This document shows positions 9,201-21,898 of a stretch of 64,000 bases of DNA, one piece after another. The stretch is from an uncultured delta proteobacterium. Lineage in GTDB: Bacteria; Desulfobacterota; RBG-13-43-22. The stretch covers positions 640,001 through 704,000 of the forward strand of contig CAWBOS010000010.1 of the NCBI GenBank assembly GCA_963790475.1, in the 5' to 3' direction. Position 1 is the first letter of the stretch, and the number at the start of each line of letters is the position of its first letter. The translations under genes were made by a program, and so were the position numbers. The notes under the pieces were generated by a model. It worked only from the letters and a program-made list of their open reading frames with translations. It was not told the DNA's origin and searched no databases.

Positions 9201-10001
9201 ATGAATCTGCTGGTCACCATCATCTTATCATTAGGAATATTTTTCTTTATACTACCCATTATTCGAAATACAGGAGCGGAGATGTTTCTTAATCTTGATG
9301 CCCTGTTAATTATAGGCAGCGGGACTCTGGTCGGGTTGTTTGTTGGGTTTCCATTTCCAAGAATCAAGGCCGCTTTCTTTCATGTTAAAGACTCTTTTGG
9401 GGACCGAGAGAACAGGACCACTCTGCTGAAAGAAATCCTTTTCATGGCCGGATTGTACCGGCGGGGTAATATTCGGGAATTGGAACGGCGGGAGGCAGAA
9501 ATTAAGGATGATTTTTTTAGACTTGGGATGCATCTGTTAATCAACCAACATCCCCAGGAAGAAATAAAAAATGTCTTAGAACGAGAAATGGCCCTCAGGA
9601 TTATCAATCATAATTTGAGTCAAAATATCCTTAAGACCCTGGCCAGGCTCACCCCGGCCCTGGGTCTGGCCGGGACAATAGTCAGCCTGATTAAGATGTT
9701 TGATCATTTCCAGTCGATTGAAACCATGACCCCGATGATGGCCGTAGCCCTCATGTCCACTTTTTATGGCGTAATTATTGCCAACCTGATTATGCTGCCT
9801 CTGTCTTCGAAACTGAAGGAAAAGACCATTCTCAGTGAATCCTTGATGGCCATGACTATTGAAGGCCTGGTGGCTATCAGCGAAAGGGAACATCCGCTCA
9901 AGATTGAAGAAAAGTTGGCCGGCACTAGCGGGCTGAGAGAAACTCCTGCCGTTTCGCCAGGTAGGCATATGGCTTGGGGTGAATTAAAGGTCGGGCTATA
10001 A
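9201..10001 (+). CDS. motA: Stator A subunit, PomA/MotP-like (copy 1)
   Basis: TPALGLAGTIVSLIKM and VALMSTFYG..ANL..LP; ATG 9201 follows GAGGAGG. Confidence 0.88.
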   Translation: MNLLVTIILSLGIFFFILPIIRNTGAEMFLNLDALLIIGSGTLVGLFVGFPFPRIKAAFFHVKDSFGDRENRTTLLKEILFMAGLYRRGNIRELERREAEIKDDFFRLGMHLLINQHPQEEIKNVLEREMALRIINHNLSQNILKTLARLTPALGLAGTIVSLIKMFDHFQSIETMTPMMAVALMSTFYGVIIANLIMLPLSSKLKEKTILSESLMAMTIEGLVAISEREHPLKIEEKLAGTSGLRETPAVSPGRHMAWGELKVGL

Positions 10002-10040
10002 CTTTTAAGATTTGTTTCCTTTAGGTAGGAGAAACGAACC

Positions 10041-10757
10041 ATGAACGGGATCACTGGAAAACATTCGACTTACAAGGAAGGCCGGTATCAAAAAATGATT
10101 GCCTCTTCTATCGACTCGGTGGATGAGGACCAGAACTGGTTGATCACCTTGAGTGATCTTTTGTCTTTGCTACTGGTTTTTTTCATTATTTTCTTTGCTT
10201 TGTCCAAGGTGCCGGGAAAGAAAAAAGAAGCTCCAATGCATCAACAAACGAGCGCAGGAATCTCAGAGACAATCTCAAATTCCAAACAGAATAACCCCAT
10301 GGAATCGATCCAGAAGGATATGCAAACCGCAGTGACAGGGCTGGGCATGGACGATCAGGTGATAATCCAAGCCGGGGAACGAGAGATTCTTATTACCATG
10401 AAGGAAAACGTGACCTTTCGTACCGGAGAGGCGGAAATATTGAAAGGTTCGGAGCCGATTCTGGGTACCATTGCTGAAATCGTGAAGAGATATCCTTCTT
10501 TTCAAGTGGAAATCGACGGCCATACCGATGATGTACCGATCAATACCAGACGATTTCCTTCCAATTGGGAGCTTTCGGTAGCCAGGGCCACCAGTGTCTT
10601 AAAGTACTTGATTATAAGCCAGGGATTGGATCCGGCTCGTTTCACCATTAAAGGGAATGCCGAACAACGCCCCTTGTCCCCAAACAGCACTCCCGAACTG
10701 CGAGCTCAAAACCGGCGAGTGGAGATAAGGTTAAGAGATCATCTGGCCGCTGGATAA
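10041..10757 (+). CDS. motB: Stator B subunit, PomB/MotS-like (copy 1)
   Basis: WLITLSDLLSLLL TM helix; OmpA domain GHTD..NWELS..RA..NRRVEI. Confidence 0.9.
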   Translation: MNGITGKHSTYKEGRYQKMIASSIDSVDEDQNWLITLSDLLSLLLVFFIIFFALSKVPGKKKEAPMHQQTSAGISETISNSKQNNPMESIQKDMQTAVTGLGMDDQVIIQAGEREILITMKENVTFRTGEAEILKGSEPILGTIAEIVKRYPSFQVEIDGHTDDVPINTRRFPSNWELSVARATSVLKYLIISQGLDPARFTIKGNAEQRPLSPNSTPELRAQNRRVEIRLRDHLAAG

Positions 10758-10854
10758 TAAGATTAATAGGGTTCGAATTTACGGAGTTAGAAAGATACCA
10801 AACGACCCAAGAAACCCAGTAGCCCGAGAAACAGGAGGTTCTCTCTGGTTCGGG

Positions 10855-11229
10855 TCAGGCATCCAATATCTCTCTCATCTTTTGGGTCAGTACTCTGGGA
10901 TGGAAGGGCTTTTGGAGCAAAGGTAGCTCGGAACTCATTTCCCTTTCCTTGATGAGGGTGTCCATGGGATAGCCGGACATATTTAAAACTTTCAGGGGCT
11001 TCTACTGCTGAGGATGCAGAAAGGACACGGTATCCAAATCGTGAGCCACTCCGCCTGCCAGAAGTCCGATGGCCTCCAGTTTTTGAAATTGCCTCAATTC
11101 TTCCTCCAATCGTTCTTTTTCTTTTCCAAAAGATCTCTGCTCGGTGATATCTCTGGCGATTCCCTGAAACCTGAACACAAGGTGTGTTAGATCGGACCTT
11201 TCGTTGAATGATTTAAGAGATATGAGCAT
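10855..11229 (-). pseudogene. Internally deleted PAS-HisKA-REC hybrid kinase remnant
   Basis: GIARDITEQR..QKLEAIGLLAGGVAHD, then in frame past a TAG: LKVLNMSGY..LQKPF..KMREILDA. Confidence 0.8.
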
Positions 11230-11377
11230 TAACCCGATAACAGGATAAGATTTTTCGCCGTTTCTACAATCTCTTTTCCTGAGGGTTAAGAAGAAAACTT
11301 TCTCGGTTTCTGAAAAGAGATGGAAAAGGTGAGGAGAAAAGTTTTATGCGAGAGATTAATAATGAAGTAATCCTCGA

Positions 11378-11391
11378 GTCAATAAATTGAC
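11378..11391. promoter_or_regulatory. FleQ/FlrA-type activator box upstream of cheA
   Basis: Inverted-repeat site GTCAATAAATTGAC about 80 bp upstream of a sigma54 promoter. Confidence 0.65.
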
Positions 11392-11466
11392 TTTTTTGGA
11401 AGGTCAAAAATTAAATAAAAATTTTCGATATGATAACTTATTATTATAGTTTATCAAAATAGTCTT

Positions 11467-11482
11467 AGGTATAATTATTGCA
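11467..11482 (+). promoter_or_regulatory. Sigma54 promoter of cheA-cheB
   Basis: AGGTATAATTATTGCA (GG-N10-GC). Confidence 0.65.
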
Positions 11483-11531
11483 TAAAATTTAAGAAGAATT
11501 TTAAGGACCTTATCATATGAGCTGGTTTTTG

Positions 11532-11656
11532 AAAAGTCCCTGAAAACGTATTTTCGTCACTCCAGTGAAAACAGATTAGTGGATGGAACTGGTTCCCGGC
11601 TTTCGCCGGGACAACTCCGAGTTTCCGCTTTGATAGTGATGACTCTTCCGACTTTT
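11532..11656. repeat. Degenerate REP/MITE-like palindromic element
   Basis: AAAAGTC...GACTTTT ends; internal GTCACTCC and hairpin TCCCGGC-TTTC-GCCGGGA (11594-11611). Confidence 0.5.
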
Positions 11657-11758
11657 TTGGTGTTGGTAAATATTGCTCAACCCTGTTTGTCGGAGAAAAA
11701 TTTGGGAAAGGCTGTGAATCTTAACGGCAACAGGGGTCAATAAAAAAAGGAAAAAATT

Positions 11759-15035
<3,277 letters not shown>

Positions 15036-15325
15036 GTTTTTTTCAAAAATTCGGTTAGCCCTTTTTATTTTCAAGATCCAGAACCTATAGGGTTTTTTTG
15101 AGGAAAGGTAGACCCAAAAAATTAATAATCCTCTCGTCTTGTCAGTAACAGGTTTTTTCTGAATCCTTTCCATGGATTTATTTATAGATTCATCAATACC
15201 AACTAAAACAATTATTATTTTTTCGGACAGAACCGCAAATACCCTCTGACTGAAGAAGAGGTATCCCACCGGTGTTTTTCCCTTTCACCAATTTCTTTTT
15301 ATGGCGCTCAGGCCTATATCCCCAT

Positions 15326-15353
15326 TAAAGTTTTTTTACCAGGAGACCGATAA
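15326..15353 (+). promoter_or_regulatory. Sigma28 promoter of cheW
   Basis: TAAAGTTT...ACCGATAA (TAAA-16 nt-ACCGATAA). Confidence 0.7.
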
Positions 15354-15416
15354 TTAGAAAAAATACCTGGTTCCCATAACCAAAGGAAAAGTTTATTGAG
15401 AAGGAGGTTTTTACAA

Positions 15417-15929
15417 ATGGAAGAGATATTTGAACCGCTGGATCTGACTGGAAAAAATTCCACAGAACGGGAAGGGAAATATCTGACTTTTTCCTTAGCC
15501 GGAGAGGAATATGGAATCGTAATCCTGAAAGTCAAGGAGATCATCGGAATGATGCCCGTTACGCCGGTCCCCAAGACCCCATCTTATGTCAAAGGCGTCA
15601 TTAATCTTCGGGGAAAAGTAATCCCCGTGGCTGACCTGAGACTGAAATTCGATATGGATGAGGCTGCCTATACGGAGAGGACCTGCATTATTGTGGTTGA
15701 GATCAAGGATGGTCTTGGACATGTCCTAATGGGTATTGTGGTCGATTCCGTTTCCGAAGTCCTAAACATCAAAGGCCCAGAAATCGAAGATACTCCGGCC
15801 TTTGGGACCCAAATGGATACGGATTATATCCTAGGGATGGCCAAGACCGGCGGCGGAGTCAAGATCCTTCTGGACATCGACAAGGTCTTCGGCGGCGAAG
15901 AAATGCTCGAACTGGACCAAGCTGCTTAA
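15417..15929 (+). CDS. cheW: Chemotaxis adaptor CheW
   Basis: KYLTF, GVINLRGKVIPV, GIVVDSVSEV; AGGAGG RBS. Confidence 0.95.
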   Translation: MEEIFEPLDLTGKNSTEREGKYLTFSLAGEEYGIVILKVKEIIGMMPVTPVPKTPSYVKGVINLRGKVIPVADLRLKFDMDEAAYTERTCIIVVEIKDGLGHVLMGIVVDSVSEVLNIKGPEIEDTPAFGTQMDTDYILGMAKTGGGVKILLDIDKVFGGEEMLELDQAA

Positions 15930-16066
15930 TAATCACCGTCAGATGCCGGCAAAAACCGGTTTGATGAGTCTGATAAGAAAAAAATCCACAAATTAATCAT
16001 CTTGGGCCCCGGGAAGCAAGTTCCCTTGAAAGAAGGGCAATAGGCGAATTTTGGTGAGGAAAAACA

Positions 16067-16252
16067 ATGAGTAATATTGTAACTGCTAAAGAGGTAGGGG
16101 ATTATTTGAAATTGACGGGGTCAACCATTTATAAACTTGCTATAACTGGACAGATTCCCGGGGTTAAAATTGGAAAATCCTGGAGGTTTGATATGGATGA
16201 AATCATCAGGATCATTCAAATGAGGGAAAAGCCCCAAAAGGCATTGTGCTAA
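16067..16252 (+). CDS. Small Xis/BldC-like (HTH_17) DNA-binding protein
   Basis: TAKEVGDYLKL..TIYKLA..GQIPGVKIGKSWRF; GAGGA RBS. Confidence 0.85.
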   Translation: MSNIVTAKEVGDYLKLTGSTIYKLAITGQIPGVKIGKSWRFDMDEIIRIIQMREKPQKALC

Positions 16253-16393
16253 CAAGTTTTTTATTATCCAAAAAGCAGATCGAAAAAGAAACGGTGAGGT
16301 CAAGGGAGCTGTATTTGTCCAAATCGTTTAGCCTTCGCCTCCATGTGAAGCAGGGTTGATCGAGAAGGGTAACGAAGGAAATCGAGGCGGCCC

Positions 16394-17242
16394 ATGTTCC
16401 CGAATCAGTCAAATCATCAATCACCGGAATTTACCGAGGCGGATTTTATCAAATTCAGCCGCTTGGTTTATGACCAGTCCGGTATCAGTCTTTCCGAAAG
16501 CAAAAGAGAATTGGTCAAGGCCCGGCTGGGGAAAAGGATTCGAAAAGGAAAATTTCAATCCTTTGGAGCCTATTATAACCATGTCATAAACGATCAGTCG
16601 GGGGAGGAAATGATCCTCTTATTGGATTCTATTTCCACCAATTTCACCCATTTTTTTCGTGAAAATCACCATTTTGAATACCTAAAAAATCAACTTGTGC
16701 CCCAAATAAAGGACCGAGCGCGCAGGGCCCAAAAAAAAATCCGAATCTGGAGCGCGGGCTGCTCTTCAGGGGAAGAACCCTATTCCATCGCCATTACCTT
16801 GTTGGAGTCGCTGGGTCCTGGCCATGATTGGGATTTAAAGATCCTGGCCACCGATATTTCCAGCAAGGTTTTGAGCAGCGCCTTGTCAGGAATTTATCTC
16901 AAAGAAAAAATTCAGGCGTTACCCCCGGGCTTGGCAAAAAAATATTTCCTCCGGGGAGAGAACCAATGGCAGAATTATGTAAAAGCAAAATCCTCGCTAA
17001 ATTCAGTTATTCAGTTCCAAAGGCTTAACTTAATGGATCCTTTTTCATTTAATGAATCTTTTGACTGCATTTTTTGCCGAAACGTTATGATTTATTTTGA
17101 TAAAAAAACCCGAGAGAATTTGGTAAATCGATTTTATGACCACCTGGAAAAAGAAGGAGTCTTCTTTATCGGTCACTCTGAAAGTCTGGCCGGAATCGAA
17201 CACCCGTTCATATATGTGAAGCCAGCTATTTATAAAAAATAA
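16394..17242 (+). CDS. cheR: Chemotaxis methyltransferase CheR
   Basis: TNFTHFFRE, WSAGCSSGEEPYS, CRNVMIYFD. Confidence 0.96.
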   Translation: MFPNQSNHQSPEFTEADFIKFSRLVYDQSGISLSESKRELVKARLGKRIRKGKFQSFGAYYNHVINDQSGEEMILLLDSISTNFTHFFRENHHFEYLKNQLVPQIKDRARRAQKKIRIWSAGCSSGEEPYSIAITLLESLGPGHDWDLKILATDISSKVLSSALSGIYLKEKIQALPPGLAKKYFLRGENQWQNYVKAKSSLNSVIQFQRLNLMDPFSFNESFDCIFCRNVMIYFDKKTRENLVNRFYDHLEKEGVFFIGHSESLAGIEHPFIYVKPAIYKK

Positions 17243-17334
17243 CCAATACTGGCTAATGGCCTCTATTATTACTCAGGGTTCCCGCCGAGGAGTAGTAAGA
17301 GACCTGTGGCCCCGATGGACAAAAAAAATAATCG

Positions 17335-17814
17335 ATGAAAAGAATTGTTGGTATCGCTGCAATGGAGGTTTGCCAGGACTTGCAAACCGGTTTGATTACT
17401 TATTCATTGGGGTCCTGTATCGGGGTCACTATATACGATCCGGTGGCTAAGGTAGGGGGGCTTCTTCATTATATGCTGCCAGAATCCCAGATTGATCCTC
17501 AAAAAGCACAAAAAAATCCCTTTATGTTTGCGGATACCGGGATCCCCTTGCTATTTAAAGAGGCCTACCGTTATGGAGCGGCAAAAAGCCGGATAGTCGT
17601 TAAAGTAGCCGGGGGTTCTCAAATCCTGGACGATACCGGCTTTTTTAATATCGGTAAAAGAAATTACATGGCTTTACGAAAAATTCTGTGGAAAAATAAT
17701 ATCCTGATAAAGGCCGAGGATATAGGAGGACAGGTATCCCGTACCGTCCGATTGGACGTAGCTACCGGGAAGGTTTGGCTTAAATATTCAGGAGAGGTGG
17801 AAAGAGAATTATGA
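17335..17814 (+). CDS. cheD: Chemoreceptor deamidase CheD
   Basis: TYSLGSCIGV, HYMLP, FADTG, IGKRN, EDIGG. Confidence 0.93.
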   Translation: MKRIVGIAAMEVCQDLQTGLITYSLGSCIGVTIYDPVAKVGGLLHYMLPESQIDPQKAQKNPFMFADTGIPLLFKEAYRYGAAKSRIVVKVAGGSQILDDTGFFNIGKRNYMALRKILWKNNILIKAEDIGGQVSRTVRLDVATGKVWLKYSGEVEREL

Positions 17815-18659
17815 AAATCGTGGAAACCATTATTGAGTCGTGCAGTCAGCTCCCTCCCTTTCCCGCGGTTCTCAATCGGGCGTTGAATTTGATGAATAAT
17901 CCTAACATTTCCCTGCAGGAAATTGTCGAAACCATTCAATTTGATCAGTCCATTACGGCTAATGTACTAAAAATTTGCAATTCAGCTTACTTCGGTTTGC
18001 GACAGCCCGTAGGTTCCCTGCAAGAGGCGGTCCTGTTATTAGGGTTTAGCAAGCTCTTAGAAATTCTTCTGAGCGGGGTAGCTGGTTCGATGATGGGAAA
18101 AGCGGTTTCCGGATATGACCTGGAAGCCGGTGAACTTTGGAAACATTCGGTCAGTTCGGCCCTTTTATCGCAAATTATCGCCAAGCGGATAAAAAGAGAA
18201 CCGAGCCCTTTATTGTTCACCGCTGCTCTGATCCATGATATCGGGAAAGTGATGTTAAATTCTTATGTTGCTGAGCAATCTCAATTTATCAAAGAACTTG
18301 TTCAGGCCAAAGGGATTTCCTTTTTGGAAGCGGAAAAAGAAGTCCTGGGAATCGACCATGCCGAACTCAGTGCTCTGATTATTGAACAGTGGAACTTCCC
18401 CAGAGAAATTTTCCAGGCTATTCGATTTCATCATACCCCACTTTTGGCCACCTCCGATCAGGAATACGTTTATCAGATTTATCTTTGCGACTTGGTAACC
18501 ATATTGACCGGTATCGGCGGAGGAGTTGATGGATTGTCTTACTCGGGTTTCAAACAGATCATGGTCCATTATGGTTTAAATGAAAAGGACATCGAACGCT
18601 TTATGGCCCAACTGGGGGATCAGATTGACAAAGTGGAGGTAATGATCCAGGTGCAGTAA
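17811..18659 (+). CDS. HDOD domain protein
   Basis: LPPFP, LKICNSAYFG, LWKHS, IHDIGK, IDHAE. Confidence 0.9.
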   Translation: MKIVETIIESCSQLPPFPAVLNRALNLMNNPNISLQEIVETIQFDQSITANVLKICNSAYFGLRQPVGSLQEAVLLLGFSKLLEILLSGVAGSMMGKAVSGYDLEAGELWKHSVSSALLSQIIAKRIKREPSPLLFTAALIHDIGKVMLNSYVAEQSQFIKELVQAKGISFLEAEKEVLGIDHAELSALIIEQWNFPREIFQAIRFHHTPLLATSDQEYVYQIYLCDLVTILTGIGGGVDGLSYSGFKQIMVHYGLNEKDIERFMAQLGDQIDKVEVMIQVQ

Positions 18660-18718
18660 CCCTTTTTGAAACATCGAGGCAACTTTGAGGTTAACCGGAT
18701 AATTTTAAGGAACAAACT

Positions 18719-19105
18719 ATGGCCTATAACATTTTAATTGTAGACGATTCCAACACCATGAGAAAGGTTATTCTAAAGGCCTTGACGCTTTCCGGCTTTG
18801 AATTGGGGGATTGTCTAGAGGCTGGAAACGGGCAAGAAGCCTTGATTGTCCTGGACTCCCACTGGATCGATTTGATTTTGACGGATCTGAATATGCCGGT
18901 CATGAACGGTTGGGAATTGGTCCATTACTTAAAAGATCACCCAACCTATGCCGAGATTCCAGTAGTGCTGATTACCACCGAAGGCAGTGAAACGCGGCTC
19001 CGGGAATTATTTGAATTGGGGATCAAGGACTATATTCAAAAACCCTTTCACCCCGAAACGCTACGGGACATATTAACTCGTATCCTGGAGAAACCCCATG
19101 TATGA
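18719..19105 (+). CDS. cheY: CheY-like single-domain response regulator
   Basis: VDDS, TDLNMP, TTE and KPF motifs; within the che cluster. Confidence 0.8.
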   Translation: MAYNILIVDDSNTMRKVILKALTLSGFELGDCLEAGNGQEALIVLDSHWIDLILTDLNMPVMNGWELVHYLKDHPTYAEIPVVLITTEGSETRLRELFELGIKDYIQKPFHPETLRDILTRILEKPHV

Positions 19106-19613
19106 AAAAATTCGAAAGGCGGCTATTTTTGCTACCCTCAATATTTTTGAAACAATGTTTTTTACCTTTTTAGAACCGCTGGAAGGCAATGGGTCTCTCG
19201 CGGAAACGGTAACGGAAGAGGAGAAGGAATTCGACTTGCCACCCGAGTCTCAAAGCCCCGGGTTCCTGAAAAGTGAAATTCATTTTACAGGTCTTTATTC
19301 AGGGTTTTTGCGGCTGTTCATTCCCTATGGCCTCAGCAAGGTGTTGACTATGAATTTTATGGGGTTTGAAGAAGAGGTAACCGACCCCCAACTCGCGGAT
19401 ATGGCAGCTGAATTGACCAACATGGTTTGCGGCAATTTGTTTTCCTCTCTCGATAAAACATCGGTTTATACCCTGAGTTCGCCGTCAACCCAAAGGATTT
19501 CCCTTGAGGACAAATTGAAACCGGCGGACTCCGAGGATATTAGCTTGGATTTTTCAACCGAGGGACAACAAATTTCCATTACGATCCAACTTGAAAAATC
19601 AAAAGAAGATTAA
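19098..19613 (+). CDS. cheX: CheX-like phosphatase-family protein
   Basis: DMAAELTNMVCGN (ExxN) motif. Confidence 0.7.
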   Translation: MYEKIRKAAIFATLNIFETMFFTFLEPLEGNGSLAETVTEEEKEFDLPPESQSPGFLKSEIHFTGLYSGFLRLFIPYGLSKVLTMNFMGFEEEVTDPQLADMAAELTNMVCGNLFSSLDKTSVYTLSSPSTQRISLEDKLKPADSEDISLDFSTEGQQISITIQLEKSKED

Positions 19614-19719
19614 CGAAATTAATTATATTTTTTCTACCATTAACGACTTCAGGTGCTGCTTTCGACCGGGAGCCAGTCCTTAGAGTAAGGCAACCTGCTT
19701 AACTGGAGGGTTGGCGTCG

Positions 19720-19935
19720 ATGCCTTTGGACGATCAAGACCTTCATGAAAACGAGCGTTTTCAATATCTTCTGAAACCCGGTTACGTCTTTCTGAGTCAG
19801 GAACCCACGCTGATCTATACCGTCCTCGGTTCGGCAGTCACCGTCTGTCTTTGGGACCGGAAAAACCGATACGGGAGGTGGCCCACTTTCTCTATCCTAT
19901 AATTAACACATTGAATCAAACTACAACCCAATATG
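19720..19935 (+). pseudogene. Second cheD copy, frameshifted and 3'-truncated
   Basis: YLLKPGY..TVLGSAVTVCLWD; continues in another frame as VAHFLYP..TTQY, then similarity ends. Confidence 0.75.
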
Positions 19936-20060
19936 TTTTTCTTGACAGAATAAATGGTTGTGCGAAAATGGAACATCGTTTTGTCCGGTAACGATGTTAA
20001 TCTTCCTGGCAGGGGAAGACCTTTTAATTATTAGCGATTGGAAATGGATAATTAGATACA

Positions 20061-21485
20061 ATGCCTCATATTTTAGTTATTGACGATGATCCGTCGGTCC
20101 GAAATATCCTGGAAGATTTTTTACAGTTAAAAGGTTTTGAAGTATCGGTGACCGGGGACGGCGAGAGTGGCGCCTCTCTGATCCAGGAGCGACGTTTTGA
20201 TCTTTTTCTGGTGGATCTGGTCTTACCGGGTATGGGTGGGATGGAGGTTTTGAAGAAGGTCTACTCCCACAATATCAATATCCCGGCCATTGTCATAACC
20301 GGTTTTGGGGCCATTGAAACGGCAGTAGAAGCCATAAAATTAGGTGCCTTTGACTACATAACCAAACCTTTTATCCTGGAAGAACTTTTATTGGTAGTAC
20401 AAAGGGCCCTTGATTTCTCCAGACTCAAACAGGAAAATCTCTCTCTTAAAAGACAGTTAAAACAAAGGTATGATTTTCAGGGCCTGATCGGAAGTTCCCC
20501 TCAAATGCAGAAGGTCTACAGGTTGATCAAAAAGATTTCCGATACCGATGCCACTATTCTGATCGAAGGTGAGAGCGGAACCGGGAAGGAGCTGATTGCC
20601 AAGACGATTCACTTTAACAGTTCCAGGGCCCAAAATCCCTTTCTTCCTTTTAATTGTGCGGCCATCCCCAGGGACCTCTTGGAATCGGAACTCTTTGGCC
20701 ATGAGAGAGGGGCCTTTACCGGGGCCATTAATACCCGGATTGGCCGGTTTGAACGGGCCAACGGGGGTACGATTTTACTTGATGAGATCGGTGAATTGCA
20801 TCCATCCTTCCAGGTCAAACTACTTCGGGTGCTGCAGGAAAGGGAATTCGAGAGAGTCGGCGGTTCGAAAACTATTAAAGTGGACGTAAGAATCCTGGCG
20901 GCCACTAACAAAAATCTGGAAAAGGAAACCAGGGCGGGAAATTTTCGTGAAGATCTCTTTTATCGTTTGAATGTAATCCCTCTTCACATTCCTTCGCTGA
21001 GGGAAAGACGTGAAGATGTTTCTTTGCTGACGGATTATTTCCTTAACTATTTTTCGAAAAAAAGGAAAAGGGAAAACGTCCGGATAGATCCGGAGGTCGT
21101 CCATCTATTTATGCAATATCCTTGGCCGGGGAATGTCAGAGAACTTGAGAATTTAATAGAAAGGGTTATCATCTTAAGTGAGGACGGTCTGATCCTCCCC
21201 AAAGACTTACCTCAAAGATTTCAAGATTTCCAGGGACTGCCACTATCTCCCCAAGAACAATCGGAGGTCCCAATCATACCTGCTGAACCGGTTCGGGAGA
21301 TTTTGCTTCCGGAGCAGGGCGTTAATATGAATAGCCTGGTCGAAGAAATGGAAAAGAGCCTGATTCAACAGGCCATCCGAAAATCAAAAGGGGTCAAAAG
21401 TAAGGCCGCGGAGCTGCTTGGTTTGAAGAGGACCACTTTGTTGGAGAAGATGAAAAAATTTGAGATCGACCTCAATTACTCCTGA
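20061..21485 (+). CDS. Sigma54-dependent activator (REC-AAA-Fis HTH), probable FlrA/FleQ-like master regulator
   Basis: GESGTGKE, GAFTGA, WPGNVRELEN, HTH KRTTLLEKMKK; at the head of the flagellar cluster. Confidence 0.88.
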   Translation: MPHILVIDDDPSVRNILEDFLQLKGFEVSVTGDGESGASLIQERRFDLFLVDLVLPGMGGMEVLKKVYSHNINIPAIVITGFGAIETAVEAIKLGAFDYITKPFILEELLLVVQRALDFSRLKQENLSLKRQLKQRYDFQGLIGSSPQMQKVYRLIKKISDTDATILIEGESGTGKELIAKTIHFNSSRAQNPFLPFNCAAIPRDLLESELFGHERGAFTGAINTRIGRFERANGGTILLDEIGELHPSFQVKLLRVLQEREFERVGGSKTIKVDVRILAATNKNLEKETRAGNFREDLFYRLNVIPLHIPSLRERREDVSLLTDYFLNYFSKKRKRENVRIDPEVVHLFMQYPWPGNVRELENLIERVIILSEDGLILPKDLPQRFQDFQGLPLSPQEQSEVPIIPAEPVREILLPEQGVNMNSLVEEMEKSLIQQAIRKSKGVKSKAAELLGLKRTTLLEKMKKFEIDLNYS

Positions 21486-21517
21486 ACATGCGAAAAAAAG
21501 GCCCTTTACTTAACACG

Positions 21518-21567
21518 TAAAAACCCCCTCTGGCCTCTTTGCCCAAGAGGATCAGAGGGGGTTTTTA
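21518..21567 (+). terminator. Long hairpin, likely intrinsic terminator
   Basis: TAAAAACCCCCTCTG / CAGAGGGGGTTTTTA perfect 15-bp inverted repeat. Confidence 0.7.
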
Positions 21568-21673
21568 GCGATCTGAAGATTTGACCTTTAATAAAATTCT
21601 CTGATAAGGACAAAACCCCTTAACCTGAAAGTGTTTTCCCCTTCGTTGTTTTTTTGCCGAATTCTTTTCCTTA

Positions 21674-21687
21674 GTCATTTTTTTGAC
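21674..21687. promoter_or_regulatory. FleQ/FlrA-type box
   Basis: GTCATTTTTTTGAC (GTCA-N6-TGAC) upstream of a sigma54 promoter. Confidence 0.55.
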
Positions 21688-21869
21688 AAACATCTCCCCA
21701 TAATTCCTTAAAAGTTACAACAATTCTTTCTTCTCATACCCTTGGATCTTTCGGGGAATGATCTTGTCAAATGGTAACAAAAAAAAAATATTAAAAATTC
21801 TGATAGTTGAAGAACTATTGTCCAACTGAGACCCCTTGATAGAACTTTGAGTGAAATGAATGGAGCCTG

Positions 21870-21885
21870 TGGCATATTTGTTGCT
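21870..21885 (+). promoter_or_regulatory. Sigma54 promoter of the TPR-kinase-regulator operon
   Basis: TGGCATATTTGTTGCT. Confidence 0.8.
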
Positions 21886-21898
21886 TTGTTGTTAAAGC

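Noticed and set aside
11002-11004. In-frame TAG as a pyrrolysine or readthrough codon
   Set aside because: The gene lacks most of its kinase core and no pyl genes are in view; decay is the simpler explanation
15036-15325. Possible c-di-GMP riboswitch in the long cheB-cheW gap
   Set aside because: No GGCAAAC / GAAA / GACGCAAAG architecture; a sigma28 promoter explains part of the gap
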